Virus record (IMG/VR): IMGVR_UViG_3300025529_000004
Location: 5,870 to 69,869 of that record
Origin: a virus
Length of the DNA: 64,000 bases
Reading direction: 5' to 3' (one strand)
Shown: positions 29,643 to 37,800 of the stretch, piece after piece
Position numbering within the stretch: position 1 is the stretch's first letter
How the letters are laid out: every line of letters begins with the position of its first letter
The notes under the pieces: model-generated
The model's database searches: none
Seen by the model: only the letters and a program-made list of their open reading frames with translations
Told to the model about the DNA's origin: nothing
Translations under genes and position numbers: made by a program

Positions 29643-31391
29643 TCAGCTTACCTTTTCCGTGTCTGTTGTATTTTGTTCGGACTGCACAAGCATGGAAACA
29701 TATTTCTTGGCATCCTCTAGCCTGTCGGTGGTTTTCATGCTATAGATTTCTTTTCCATCTTTAAAAATCCGATAGCAACCCCATAGCTTGGAAATCCAAT
29801 AATTTTGATATGTGTAAACTCTTTTCTTTTCCTTTAAGCCCATGTAAGTAAATTCTTTTGTTTGTGTCTCAAAAGTGATCGTTATTTCTGCTTGCTCAAT
29901 TCGCTTTTTAAGTGCTTCTTTTTCGTCTTTTCTGATTTTATCTTTATATTTGTTTAATTGTTTTTCAAATTGTTTTGGTAAGTCTACAACCTCAAGCATG
30001 TATCTATTTTCCCTGTCTTGGGCTTTTTGGTCTCTGCGCGTGTTTCTTCCTGCTCTGCCCGTAACTGCCCATGACGGATTATCCGCGCGTGCTGACAAGT
30101 ATTTTATATAAGTTTTGTAATAATTCTTTTTAAAGCGTTGGAGCGCTTCTTTTAGTTTAAAAATATAGTATTCGTTTTGTGTCGTCTGGATGAATTCCTT
30201 TGTCTTTTCGGTGTAATGGTTAAAAAGTTCTCGAATCTCTTTATTGTGATCACGTTTTTGAGTTCTAAAAATCCAGTGGCTGCTGTGTTCACGGTCGATT
30301 AACGACTGATCGATAATATATTGGTCGTTGTCGTCAATGTTTATTTCAGGATATTCTATGACCGCTGTTATTGGTTCTTTTGACAGTTGGAAAGTATGAA
30401 TCAATTCGAAACCATCCAATGGATATGAATATCCTTTTCCTGATTCCTGACCGTTTTCAAAGTATAGGAAATAGAATGGCTTTTGGTTTTCTTGTGAAAG
30501 GTTCAAATTGACACATTCCAATAAGACAAGCCCATCTTTTTTAAATAAGCGTAAAGGCTTTACGTTTTCTTTTTCAAGTCGTTTTGAAAGTGTTTCCTTT
30601 TGCGCTGTTGTTAAGTGGCTGTTATAGTCGTATTCCGTTTGTTCTGCTGCTTGTGTATCGTTTTCACCTGCAAGTTGTTTTGCAAGGGAAATTGTTTCTT
30701 CTGATTGTTTAGCGTACCAGCATTTTTTATTCCGTGACCATCTGAAGCCGTGCGCTTTTAGTACGTTGCGAATTTCTTCGGACGGTTTTCCGGAAAAATA
30801 CAATTCTACACCGTTCTTTTCTTCGTTTAACTGATATGTAGCTGTCACGGCTTCCGTTTGGTTTTCTGATTCTTGGTTTGGTTGTTGGGCTTCTGGTGCT
30901 GTTTGTTGCGGTTGTGTTTCTGTCTGTTTTGTTACGCTGTCTTTTGGATCTTCTTCAATGACCAACAAACCCCTGTTATTTTTCATGTCATCGATTGCAT
31001 TGATAACATAATTTTTCACTTCTTCGCTAACTGACAAGGATTCCATAATACTCAAAGCCTGATCATATAAATATGATTGCCCTTGAATACTCCGCAAATA
31101 TCTAAACCATAATACGAGCGATTCCGCAGGATTCAAAATGTCTTGCTCTTTTATCTCTTCATAAAACATTCCAGAACCGTAACTTACCATTTCTTGCAAA
31201 TAATCGTCATAGTAAGAACCTTGTTGTTCTCTTTTGATATATCCCTCTGCTCCTCTTTTTGTCTTTTTAAATGTGTCAATGTGACCATTTGGACGACCAA
31301 CGGCATAAGTTTTTCCGCGATACAGATTTTTAAAAGCTTTAGCGGCCAATAAAGGATCTGAATTGATAACGGACAATAAGGTTTTTGTCAT
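29643..31391 (-). CDS. multi-domain polyvalent-protein-like hypothetical protein
   Basis: NEEKNGVELYFSGKPSEEIRNVLKAHGFRWSRNKKCWYAK domain and PSWAVTGRAG motif; Q/T-rich linker. Confidence 0.65.
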   Translation of the reverse strand: MTKTLLSVINSDPLLAAKAFKNLYRGKTYAVGRPNGHIDTFKKTKRGAEGYIKREQQGSYYDDYLQEMVSYGSGMFYEEIKEQDILNPAESLVLWFRYLRSIQGQSYLYDQALSIMESLSVSEEVKNYVINAIDDMKNNRGLLVIEEDPKDSVTKQTETQPQQTAPEAQQPNQESENQTEAVTATYQLNEEKNGVELYFSGKPSEEIRNVLKAHGFRWSRNKKCWYAKQSEETISLAKQLAGENDTQAAEQTEYDYNSHLTTAQKETLSKRLEKENVKPLRLFKKDGLVLLECVNLNLSQENQKPFYFLYFENGQESGKGYSYPLDGFELIHTFQLSKEPITAVIEYPEINIDDNDQYIIDQSLIDREHSSHWIFRTQKRDHNKEIRELFNHYTEKTKEFIQTTQNEYYIFKLKEALQRFKKNYYKTYIKYLSARADNPSWAVTGRAGRNTRRDQKAQDRENRYMLEVVDLPKQFEKQLNKYKDKIRKDEKEALKKRIEQAEITITFETQTKEFTYMGLKEKKRVYTYQNYWISKLWGCYRIFKDGKEIYSMKTTDRLEDAKKYVSMLVQSEQNTTDTEKVS

Positions 31392-31540
31392 TTTAAAACA
31401 CTCCTTTTTGAATTTGTATATAATTTATTTTAATCCTTCCATGATACACACTATTTTATAATAGTGTGTACTAGCAAAGATTAAAATTATTTTTTAATAG
31501 GATTCTTTTTAACAATCGGCAATAAGATTGTTTAAAAATT

Positions 31541-31864
31541 TCAGTTCTTCTTGTTCTCGTTTTGGAAAATTACTAACCGACTAGCAAAATTGTAATTGGA
31601 GCCATCTGTAATTAAAAATGTATGATTTTCATATTCAGATACGCAGTCATCTAAAACAGGTTTAACGTCACTAAAATCAATTACAGTATCTTGATTGCAT
31701 GCGGAACATCTAGCGATATTTTGAAAATCAATATCGAAATAATCAGCATCACTAACATGAACGTTTTCGCCACAATGTGAGCATTTAAGAGATATATCAA
31801 ATAAAAAACCTCCATTTTTAAAACCGTTGATTTTTTCCAAAACTGCTACAGATTTTCTTTCCAT
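31541..31864 (-). CDS. zinc-ribbon hypothetical protein
   Basis: CSHC...CSAC. Confidence 0.55.
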   Translation of the reverse strand: MERKSVAVLEKINGFKNGGFLFDISLKCSHCGENVHVSDADYFDIDFQNIARCSACNQDTVIDFSDVKPVLDDCVSEYENHTFLITDGSNYNFASRLVIFQNENKKN

Positions 31865-32072
31865 TTTGTTTGTCAGCCTCCTCTAAAATTTATGTATAAC
31901 TCAAATTTCATCCTACAAACGTCTTGGCGTTGGCCATCGCATGTATTCTGGCGCGGCTCAATCTCAAAGGGAGATGTCTTGGCTCGCTCACGCTCGATTT
32001 GTGGAATCAAATTTAAGTTATATTGAATATTTCTTACAATTATTATTATACTCTTTTCTTATAAAAAGTCAA

Positions 32073-32091
32073 TATTATTTTAATTTATTTT
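32073..32091 (-). promoter_or_regulatory. repeated 19-mer abutting the -35 of TTGACT...TATAAT
   Basis: Exact 19-mer copy. Confidence 0.7.
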
Positions 32092-32117
32092 TGATAAAAA
32101 GAAAAACATGCTACAAA

Positions 32118-32321
32118 TTAGCATGTTTTGAATTCAGTGAGATCTAAGGCATATTCTTTGATGTTGTATTTTTTAATTAAATTTTTGACGTCTGAAAACA
32201 ATTCTTCTAGTGTCATATTTTCCTTATCAAATTGATTGTAAAAATTGACGTCAATAAATTCTTTTCCACGTTTTAAAATTAGTGCTGCTGTTTCATTTAC
32301 AAATTTAACTTGATATAACAT
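32118..32321 (-). CDS. hypothetical protein, paralog of the 32365-32841 N-domain
   Basis: Shared FYNQF and IKEYALDLTEF. Confidence 0.7.
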   Translation of the reverse strand: MLYQVKFVNETAALILKRGKEFIDVNFYNQFDKENMTLEELFSDVKNLIKKYNIKEYALDLTEFKTC

Positions 32322-32364
32322 TTTTATTCCTCCTGATAATTTATAGTATTATTTTTGTTATAAT

Positions 32365-32841
32365 TTATTTTTGAACCACTTCTATTTCATTTTTAATCGC
32401 CAATAATGCCTTTTTCAATAATGGAGCACCGCCGTTGTCTACAATGTTTTTCACAATGTAATCAAATTTATTAATTAGTTTGCTTGCTTCTAATGGTAGG
32501 AAATCAGCGAGCATTAAAAGATGTTTGATGTCTGATTGCTCGAATGTGTTTTTGTATTCGTATTTGTCAAGCATGTTTTGAATTAACTCATGTGATTCAA
32601 TTAATTTATTTTTGATATAAAGAGCTTGCTCATTTTTTGAAACGAATTCGGTCAAGTCTAGTGCATATTCTTTTATGCTGTGAGCTTCCGCCAGCTTGGA
32701 AGCGTCTTTTTTGAGTTCGTCAATTGTGAGATAATCCTTTTCGAATTGATTGTAAAAGATTGTATCAATTAGTTCTGCTCCGTATTTGAGCATTAAGCAG
32801 CCAGTGGAATTTATAAATTTGATTTGATTCATCTGGATCAT
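32365..32841 (-). CDS. hypothetical protein, paralog of 32118-32321 with a C-terminal extension
   Basis: Shared FYNQF and IKEYALDLTEF. Confidence 0.7.
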   Translation of the reverse strand: MIQMNQIKFINSTGCLMLKYGAELIDTIFYNQFEKDYLTIDELKKDASKLAEAHSIKEYALDLTEFVSKNEQALYIKNKLIESHELIQNMLDKYEYKNTFEQSDIKHLLMLADFLPLEASKLINKFDYIVKNIVDNGGAPLLKKALLAIKNEIEVVQK

Positions 32842-32902
32842 TTCCTTTCTGTTTTACTTTCTTTAATGTTGTCATCTTTTTTTGTGTTGCTCTCTATCTG
32901 TT

Positions 32903-33139
32903 TTAAATAATTTCTTGAATATGGGTAATTTCATTTAAAAATTCTTTTCCGTCAAGTTTAACAGTACCGTGTTCGTTAGAATCAAAATAAACCCAAGCAC
33001 CAGACAAGTCGTTTTTTCGTGTAATTAGTTCAATTTGTCCGTCTCCAAATGAGTTTGTAAAAATATGTTTATTTTGTAAAGGTAAAAGTTGTTCAAGAAT
33101 ATCTGATTCCGCTTCATTTAATTTTGGATTCATATCCAT
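32903..33139 (-). CDS. hypothetical protein
   Basis: RBS GGAGG; first gene after the promoter at 33184-33212. Confidence 0.6.
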   Translation of the reverse strand: MDMNPKLNEAESDILEQLLPLQNKHIFTNSFGDGQIELITRKNDLSGAWVYFDSNEHGTVKLDGKEFLNEITHIQEII

Positions 33140-33183
33140 TTTTCAATTCCTCCAAATTAGTTTTTGAATTATCTTATGGTTAT

Positions 33184-33232
33184 ATAATAGCAGGTTATTC
33201 GGTTAATGTAAAGTATTATTTTAATTTATTTT
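33184..33232 (-). promoter_or_regulatory. promoter TTTACA-17-TATTAT with the repeated 19-mer (33214-33232) upstream of the -35
   Basis: Exact 19-mer copy. Confidence 0.7.
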
Positions 33233-33276
33233 TAATTTTTACAAAAAGAAGGCAGCCAAATATTTGACCGCTTTAA

Positions 33277-33453
33277 TTATGGTTTGTACTTTCTGTTTAA
33301 AAAAGACAAGATCAAGTTGACAATAAAGAGTAATGAAGCGACAAATAAAATGATGTCTGTTATTGTCAAGAATGATGAATCAAAATTGTTTCGGACTAAG
33401 ACATAAAGAACAAGGAAAACAGGAAAAGCAAACGTTTTTAATATTCTTTGCAT
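33277..33453 (-). CDS. small membrane protein, YoyJ-like position (58 aa, not in ORF track)
   Basis: MQRILKTFAFPVFLVLYVLVRNNFDSSFLTITDIILFVASLLFIVNLILSFLNRKYKP*; weak RBS. Confidence 0.55.
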   Translation of the reverse strand: MQRILKTFAFPVFLVLYVLVRNNFDSSFLTITDIILFVASLLFIVNLILSFLNRKYKP

Positions 33454-33480
33454 ATTGTTTCAGAATGTGGTATATATTAA

Positions 33481-33575
33481 GTAAGAGATAGAAGGAAAGC
33501 AGTTCCCTCTATACTCTTACTTTTAGCACATCAGTCTACCGACGTTTCTTGCGCCTACGTTTGGTAGACTTTTTC
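33481..33575 (+). ncRNA. putative antisense antitoxin RNA (SR6-like)
   Basis: Promoter TTGCAT-17-(TG)TATATA at 33448-33476; hairpin GTAAGAG/CTCTTAC; terminator AGTCTACC/GGTAGACT plus T-run; overlaps the 3' end of the toxin ORF. Confidence 0.6.
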
Positions 33576-33694
33576 CTTTTGGATTTACGTTTCTTTAATT
33601 GCATGAGTTTTGCAATTATGTCTATTGTCGTGCTTATAATCGTTAGCATACCGACAATAGTAGAAACGTAAACTCCTAATTCTTTTATTCCCAC
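33536..33694 (-). CDS. YonT-like type I toxin (52 aa, not in ORF track)
   Basis: RBS AAAGGAGGTG, GTG start; MGIKELGVYVSTIVGMLTIISTTIDIIAKLMQLKKRKSKRKKSTKRRRKKRR*: TM helix plus polybasic tail. Confidence 0.75.
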   Translation of the reverse strand: MGIKELGVYVSTIVGMLTIISTTIDIIAKLMQLKKRKSKRKKSTKRRRKKRR

Positions 33695-33731
33695 ACTCTG
33701 TTTTCACCTCCTTTCGTATGTTTATGTTTAT

Positions 33732-33779
33732 ATTATACCATTAATGATATTATTTGTCTATATTATTTTAATTTATTTT
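33732..33779 (-). promoter_or_regulatory. toxin promoter TAGACA-17-TATAAT with the repeated 19-mer (33761-33779)
   Basis: Exact 19-mer copy immediately upstream of the -35. Confidence 0.7.
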
Positions 33780-34665
33780 TGTTTTTTATAAAAACGTGGA
33801 ATGCTAAACAAAGAAGGTTCACTAGGAATAGTGAGCTTTCTTTGTGTTTATTTATTTGCTTGCGTTATTAAGTGAATAAATATATAATGTTTCTTGTATT
33901 CAATAGCTTTTTCATTCATTGATCTATTGTTATCCCTATCGTGAGGAGTTTGCTATTGATTAGTGGACTCCTTCTTTTTTTGTGACATGAAATATTAAAA
34001 ATAAATGGAATGATTAAGCCCAATTTGAAATATATTGTTTTGTGTAAGCCCAGTTGGATTAAAAGGTTAAGAAAATCCCCTTTAATAAATAGATAAAAGG
34101 GGATCTCTTTTTTTGTGGATTGATTATTTTTATTGATTGTGGTTATAATGATGTGCAGCTACTTATTTTTCTATACGCATTTTTTCTGGGAGAAAGTGAG
34201 TCTGCCAATTTGGTGGACTCGTTTGTTGCAAGTTTAAAGAAAATAAGTTAGTTACTAAAAGTAAGTAGGTTATTATATGTAATTAATTTATTTTATGTTA
34301 GTTTATGTATATTAGTTAGTTAGTGGATATATGTGTGTAAGTGCTACAATCCGCCTGCGCTGTTAATATATCGGCTTTTCATTTCCAATATTTGTAAGTT
34401 GATGGAATAACCAAAAAATTTTTAATGAGAATCAAAATGTAAATTATTGACAGTCAAAATAACACAGCAAAATAAGGATTTTATATGCTTGCGAGTTACC
34501 TATATAATGAATATTATATAGGCAGTTCAAATCCATAATTTACCATGGAGGGGGGATAGTTTACATCCAAAAATTAACAATTATGGGATAAAAAGCCGTT
34601 AGCTGGTTCATTTTCACACCACAGCCCCATTTTTCACTCGGTATTCAAATTTCACCCCAATTTTT

Positions 34666-34939
34666 TTACCGTAATCGTTACCGTAAGACAACGGTAAAAC
34701 CCTTTATTTTCAACACTTTTCACACTCACATATTTACCGTAATTTCACTAAATTTACCTATTCCACACCAAAAATCGCAACAATCCCCTTATTTTATAGG
34801 CATTTTTCGGTAACTCATTAACACATCAAATTTTAATCCACCTATCCATCACTCAATATCCCACAAATTCCAATACTTTTATCATCATTTCATCATCAAT
34901 TTACCGTTTACCATTAAACCCCCATTTTTTACTTTACCG
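34666..34939. repeat. cluster of TTACCG/CGGTAA hexamers
   Basis: Copies at 34666, 34678, 34692 (inverted), 34734, 34808 (inverted), 34901, 34934. Confidence 0.55.
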
Positions 34940-35068
34940 ACCCATTCTCCACTTACGGTTTCCATTTTTGATTCAATTTTTCACCTTATAACGTCAAAAA
35001 CAAAACATAAAAAAATAAGTGACACATATAATGCCACTTATCACTAACTCCTCTCCATAACTCAATTA

Positions 35069-36850
35069 TCACCCAAAATATTCATTTATAAATTGATTTC
35101 CTTTCCCAATTTCACTGATATATAAATTTTCCTTCGCTCTTGTCACTCCCACATAAAATAATCTTGCTTCGTCTAACAACTCACTATTTTCATGTGGAAA
35201 TGATCCATCTTCTACACCAATTAAAAACACATGCTTAAACTCTAATCCTTTACTTGCGTGAATCGTCATTAACTTAACACTGTTTTTCTTACTCTTCTTT
35301 TTCCCGCCTGTATACATTACATAAGACAAGAATTTCTCTAAATTAGTTCCTTTAACAAAACTCTTCAATATTTCAAGTGACTTCAATCTGTCTTCTCGTT
35401 CTTCATAATTCATATACTTATCATAAATGTATTCCTCTATTTTAAATGCCTTGATTACATTGTCAATCAATGTTTTTACATCAATTCCTTTATCTTTTTG
35501 TAAACTCAATCGTGTAATATTATCCTTAAACTGTTCCATATTCTTTTCTTGCCAAGCTTTAGGATAATTGAACGTAATAAAACTTTCATAATATGATAAG
35601 TTATTTTTACCAGCAAAAACTTTAATGTCATCAAATAATTGACCAGAAAAATAGGTTAATGGATAGTTTCTGAATTTAAAAATCGTTTCAAATGCCTGAT
35701 CATCATGTGGATTTGCTAACAATCGCAAATAAGCAAGAATCCCTTCAATTTCTTTTCTTTTAAAGAAACTGCTGTCATTAGAAATCTCATAATCTATTTT
35801 TCTTCGTTTTAACTCATTTTCAATATTTCCAGCATGTGAATTGTTCCTATACAATACTGCTATTTCACTGAGTTTTTCACCGTTATCAATTAAATCAGCA
35901 ATTTTATCAGCAACATATAGGGCTTCATGTTCTCTACTTATGTATGAATCTAAAGTAATTTGACCATTATGTTCTTTATGTGGAATGGAATCACTGTAAT
36001 GAATATAATCACCATAATATTTCTTAATAAAGTGATTGGCTTTATGTACAATATTTGCTGCTGATCTATAGTTGGTGTCTAAATGTATAATTGTTGCATT
36101 TTCCCATTCTTTATCAAAGTTCATGCAATATTCCGGGTTGGCTCCGCGAAACCGATAGAGTGCTTGCTTAAAATCAAACACTGTAAAAATATTACCTGAA
36201 GCACACCATTCTTTAAGCAATAAATTTTGAACTAAATTAGAATCCTGATGTTCATCAACAAGAACAAAATCGTATGTATATTTTTTAGGATTATTCTTCA
36301 ATACCTTATAACACTCAATTAAATAATCATCAAAATCAAACAATCCGTTTTGCTGTTTATATGTTTCATACGCTCTAAAAAATTGTCTTAAATCACTTTC
36401 ATCATACATGCTTTCTTTTGACACAAACTCATCGTTATAACTTCTCAAATAATTCTTTTGATAACTGATAAAGCTGATAATGTCTTGAATATCTGCTTTA
36501 TCATCAATAGGGTTAAAGCATTTTTTTATTTGCCATTCTTTAATTAAATTGTTTCCAGATAAATTATATCCTTCATTGGTTAAAATCCTTCCGCAGATTG
36601 AATGAAATGTTCCTACATTAACATTTGAAAATCCCATATTATTTAATTTTTGTTTTAATTCATCTGCTGTGTTTCTTGTGAAGGTGATTGCTAAAATTTC
36701 TTTTTCTGAAACATTGTGTTCTTCTATAAGATTTCTAATTCTATTTAATAATACTGTCGACTTTCCCGATCCTGCTGAGGAGATAACAGCACATGCTCCT
36801 TTATAAAATTCAATCGCTCGTTTTTGTTGCTCGTTAAAAGTAATATCCAT
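35069..36850 (-). CDS. pcrA: UvrD/PcrA-family SF1 helicase
   Basis: SSAGSGKS, VDEHQD, TIHASKGLEF, EARLFYVGVTRAKE. Confidence 0.9.
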   Translation of the reverse strand: MDITFNEQQKRAIEFYKGACAVISSAGSGKSTVLLNRIRNLIEEHNVSEKEILAITFTRNTADELKQKLNNMGFSNVNVGTFHSICGRILTNEGYNLSGNNLIKEWQIKKCFNPIDDKADIQDIISFISYQKNYLRSYNDEFVSKESMYDESDLRQFFRAYETYKQQNGLFDFDDYLIECYKVLKNNPKKYTYDFVLVDEHQDSNLVQNLLLKEWCASGNIFTVFDFKQALYRFRGANPEYCMNFDKEWENATIIHLDTNYRSAANIVHKANHFIKKYYGDYIHYSDSIPHKEHNGQITLDSYISREHEALYVADKIADLIDNGEKLSEIAVLYRNNSHAGNIENELKRRKIDYEISNDSSFFKRKEIEGILAYLRLLANPHDDQAFETIFKFRNYPLTYFSGQLFDDIKVFAGKNNLSYYESFITFNYPKAWQEKNMEQFKDNITRLSLQKDKGIDVKTLIDNVIKAFKIEEYIYDKYMNYEEREDRLKSLEILKSFVKGTNLEKFLSYVMYTGGKKKSKKNSVKLMTIHASKGLEFKHVFLIGVEDGSFPHENSELLDEARLFYVGVTRAKENLYISEIGKGNQFINEYFG

Positions 36851-36895
36851 ATTTTTTCATCACTCCATATTATTTTAATTTTGTTTTTTACCTAA

Positions 36896-37032
36896 CTCCA
36901 GTTTATGCAGGATACATCTCCAGTTCATGCAGTATTGAACTCCTAAATATGCAGAACTCGTCTCCAGTTTATGCAGGATACATCTCCAGTTCATGCAGAA
37001 CTCAACTCCTATTTATGCTGCATAAACTGGGG
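36896..37032. repeat. iteron array: six direct 15-bp cores at exact 22-bp spacing plus one inverted copy
   Basis: CTCCAGTTTATGCAG-like cores at 36896, 36918, 36940, 36962, 36984, 37006; inverted CTGCATAAACTGGGG at 37018-37032; followed by AT-rich TAAGATAA repeats (~37051-37097). Confidence 0.9.
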
Positions 37033-37149
37033 TGTATATAGAATAGTACAGTAAGATAATAAGATAGTAAGATAATAAGATACATATTAAGATAATAATA
37101 TACAGTAACTATATGCGCGCGAAAAAGTTTTGAAAAATTTTTGGATAGG

Positions 37150-37785
37150 TTAAAACAAACTTTCACTCACATAATAGTGATTATTATACTTGGTAAATAT
37201 CAATTCATCATTCTCATTATAGGAATAATCAGTTTTTAGTTTATGTTTCACCACCCTTATTAAATTGTAATCAGTCAACTCATCATTGGCTTTTAATAAA
37301 GTGTCCCAACCCATTTTTAAATTATTTTTAATCGTTTCCAGTCCAACAAAACAATATTTCTTACTCTTGTCTTCGTCATTAAGATTTATGTGTGACTTGT
37401 AATAAAACAAAATTCTAATCGAGTGTTCATTTAACTTATGTATATAATTAAATATTCTAGTGTTCATCATCGTGAAATACTTGCCTTTTTGGAAGAAATC
37501 CGAATTAAAAACAATCTTCATGTTCCCTCTTCTTGGTAAACTTTTTATTTCATTTTTAATTAATTTGTTTTTATGTAAGCTTTGTAATCGTTTTTTGAGT
37601 GTTCTCGTATCAGTTATTCCAATATTAATCATCAATTTCTTGTGATCAATTTCTATTTCTTCTTTTTGATAATTTTTGAAATACAAGTAGCACAGTCTTA
37701 AATATAAAACAAAGTCTCCACTAGAAATTTTCACTGTTTCATTTCTTATCACTTCATTAGGTACTTTAACAAATTCTTTACTCAC
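37150..37785 (-). CDS. putative replication initiator (winged-helix-like)
   Basis: FVKVPN...FVLYLRL N-terminus and two HTH-like segments; adjacent to the iterons, between two helicases. Confidence 0.55.
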   Translation of the reverse strand: MSKEFVKVPNEVIRNETVKISSGDFVLYLRLCYLYFKNYQKEEIEIDHKKLMINIGITDTRTLKKRLQSLHKNKLIKNEIKSLPRRGNMKIVFNSDFFQKGKYFTMMNTRIFNYIHKLNEHSIRILFYYKSHINLNDEDKSKKYCFVGLETIKNNLKMGWDTLLKANDELTDYNLIRVVKHKLKTDYSYNENDELIFTKYNNHYYVSESLF

Positions 37786-37800
37786 CCATTGTAATCCTCC

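Noticed and set aside
36896-37032. CRISPR array
   Set aside because: 22-bp period with only 7-bp variable spacers, too short for CRISPR and no cas genes; fits iterons.
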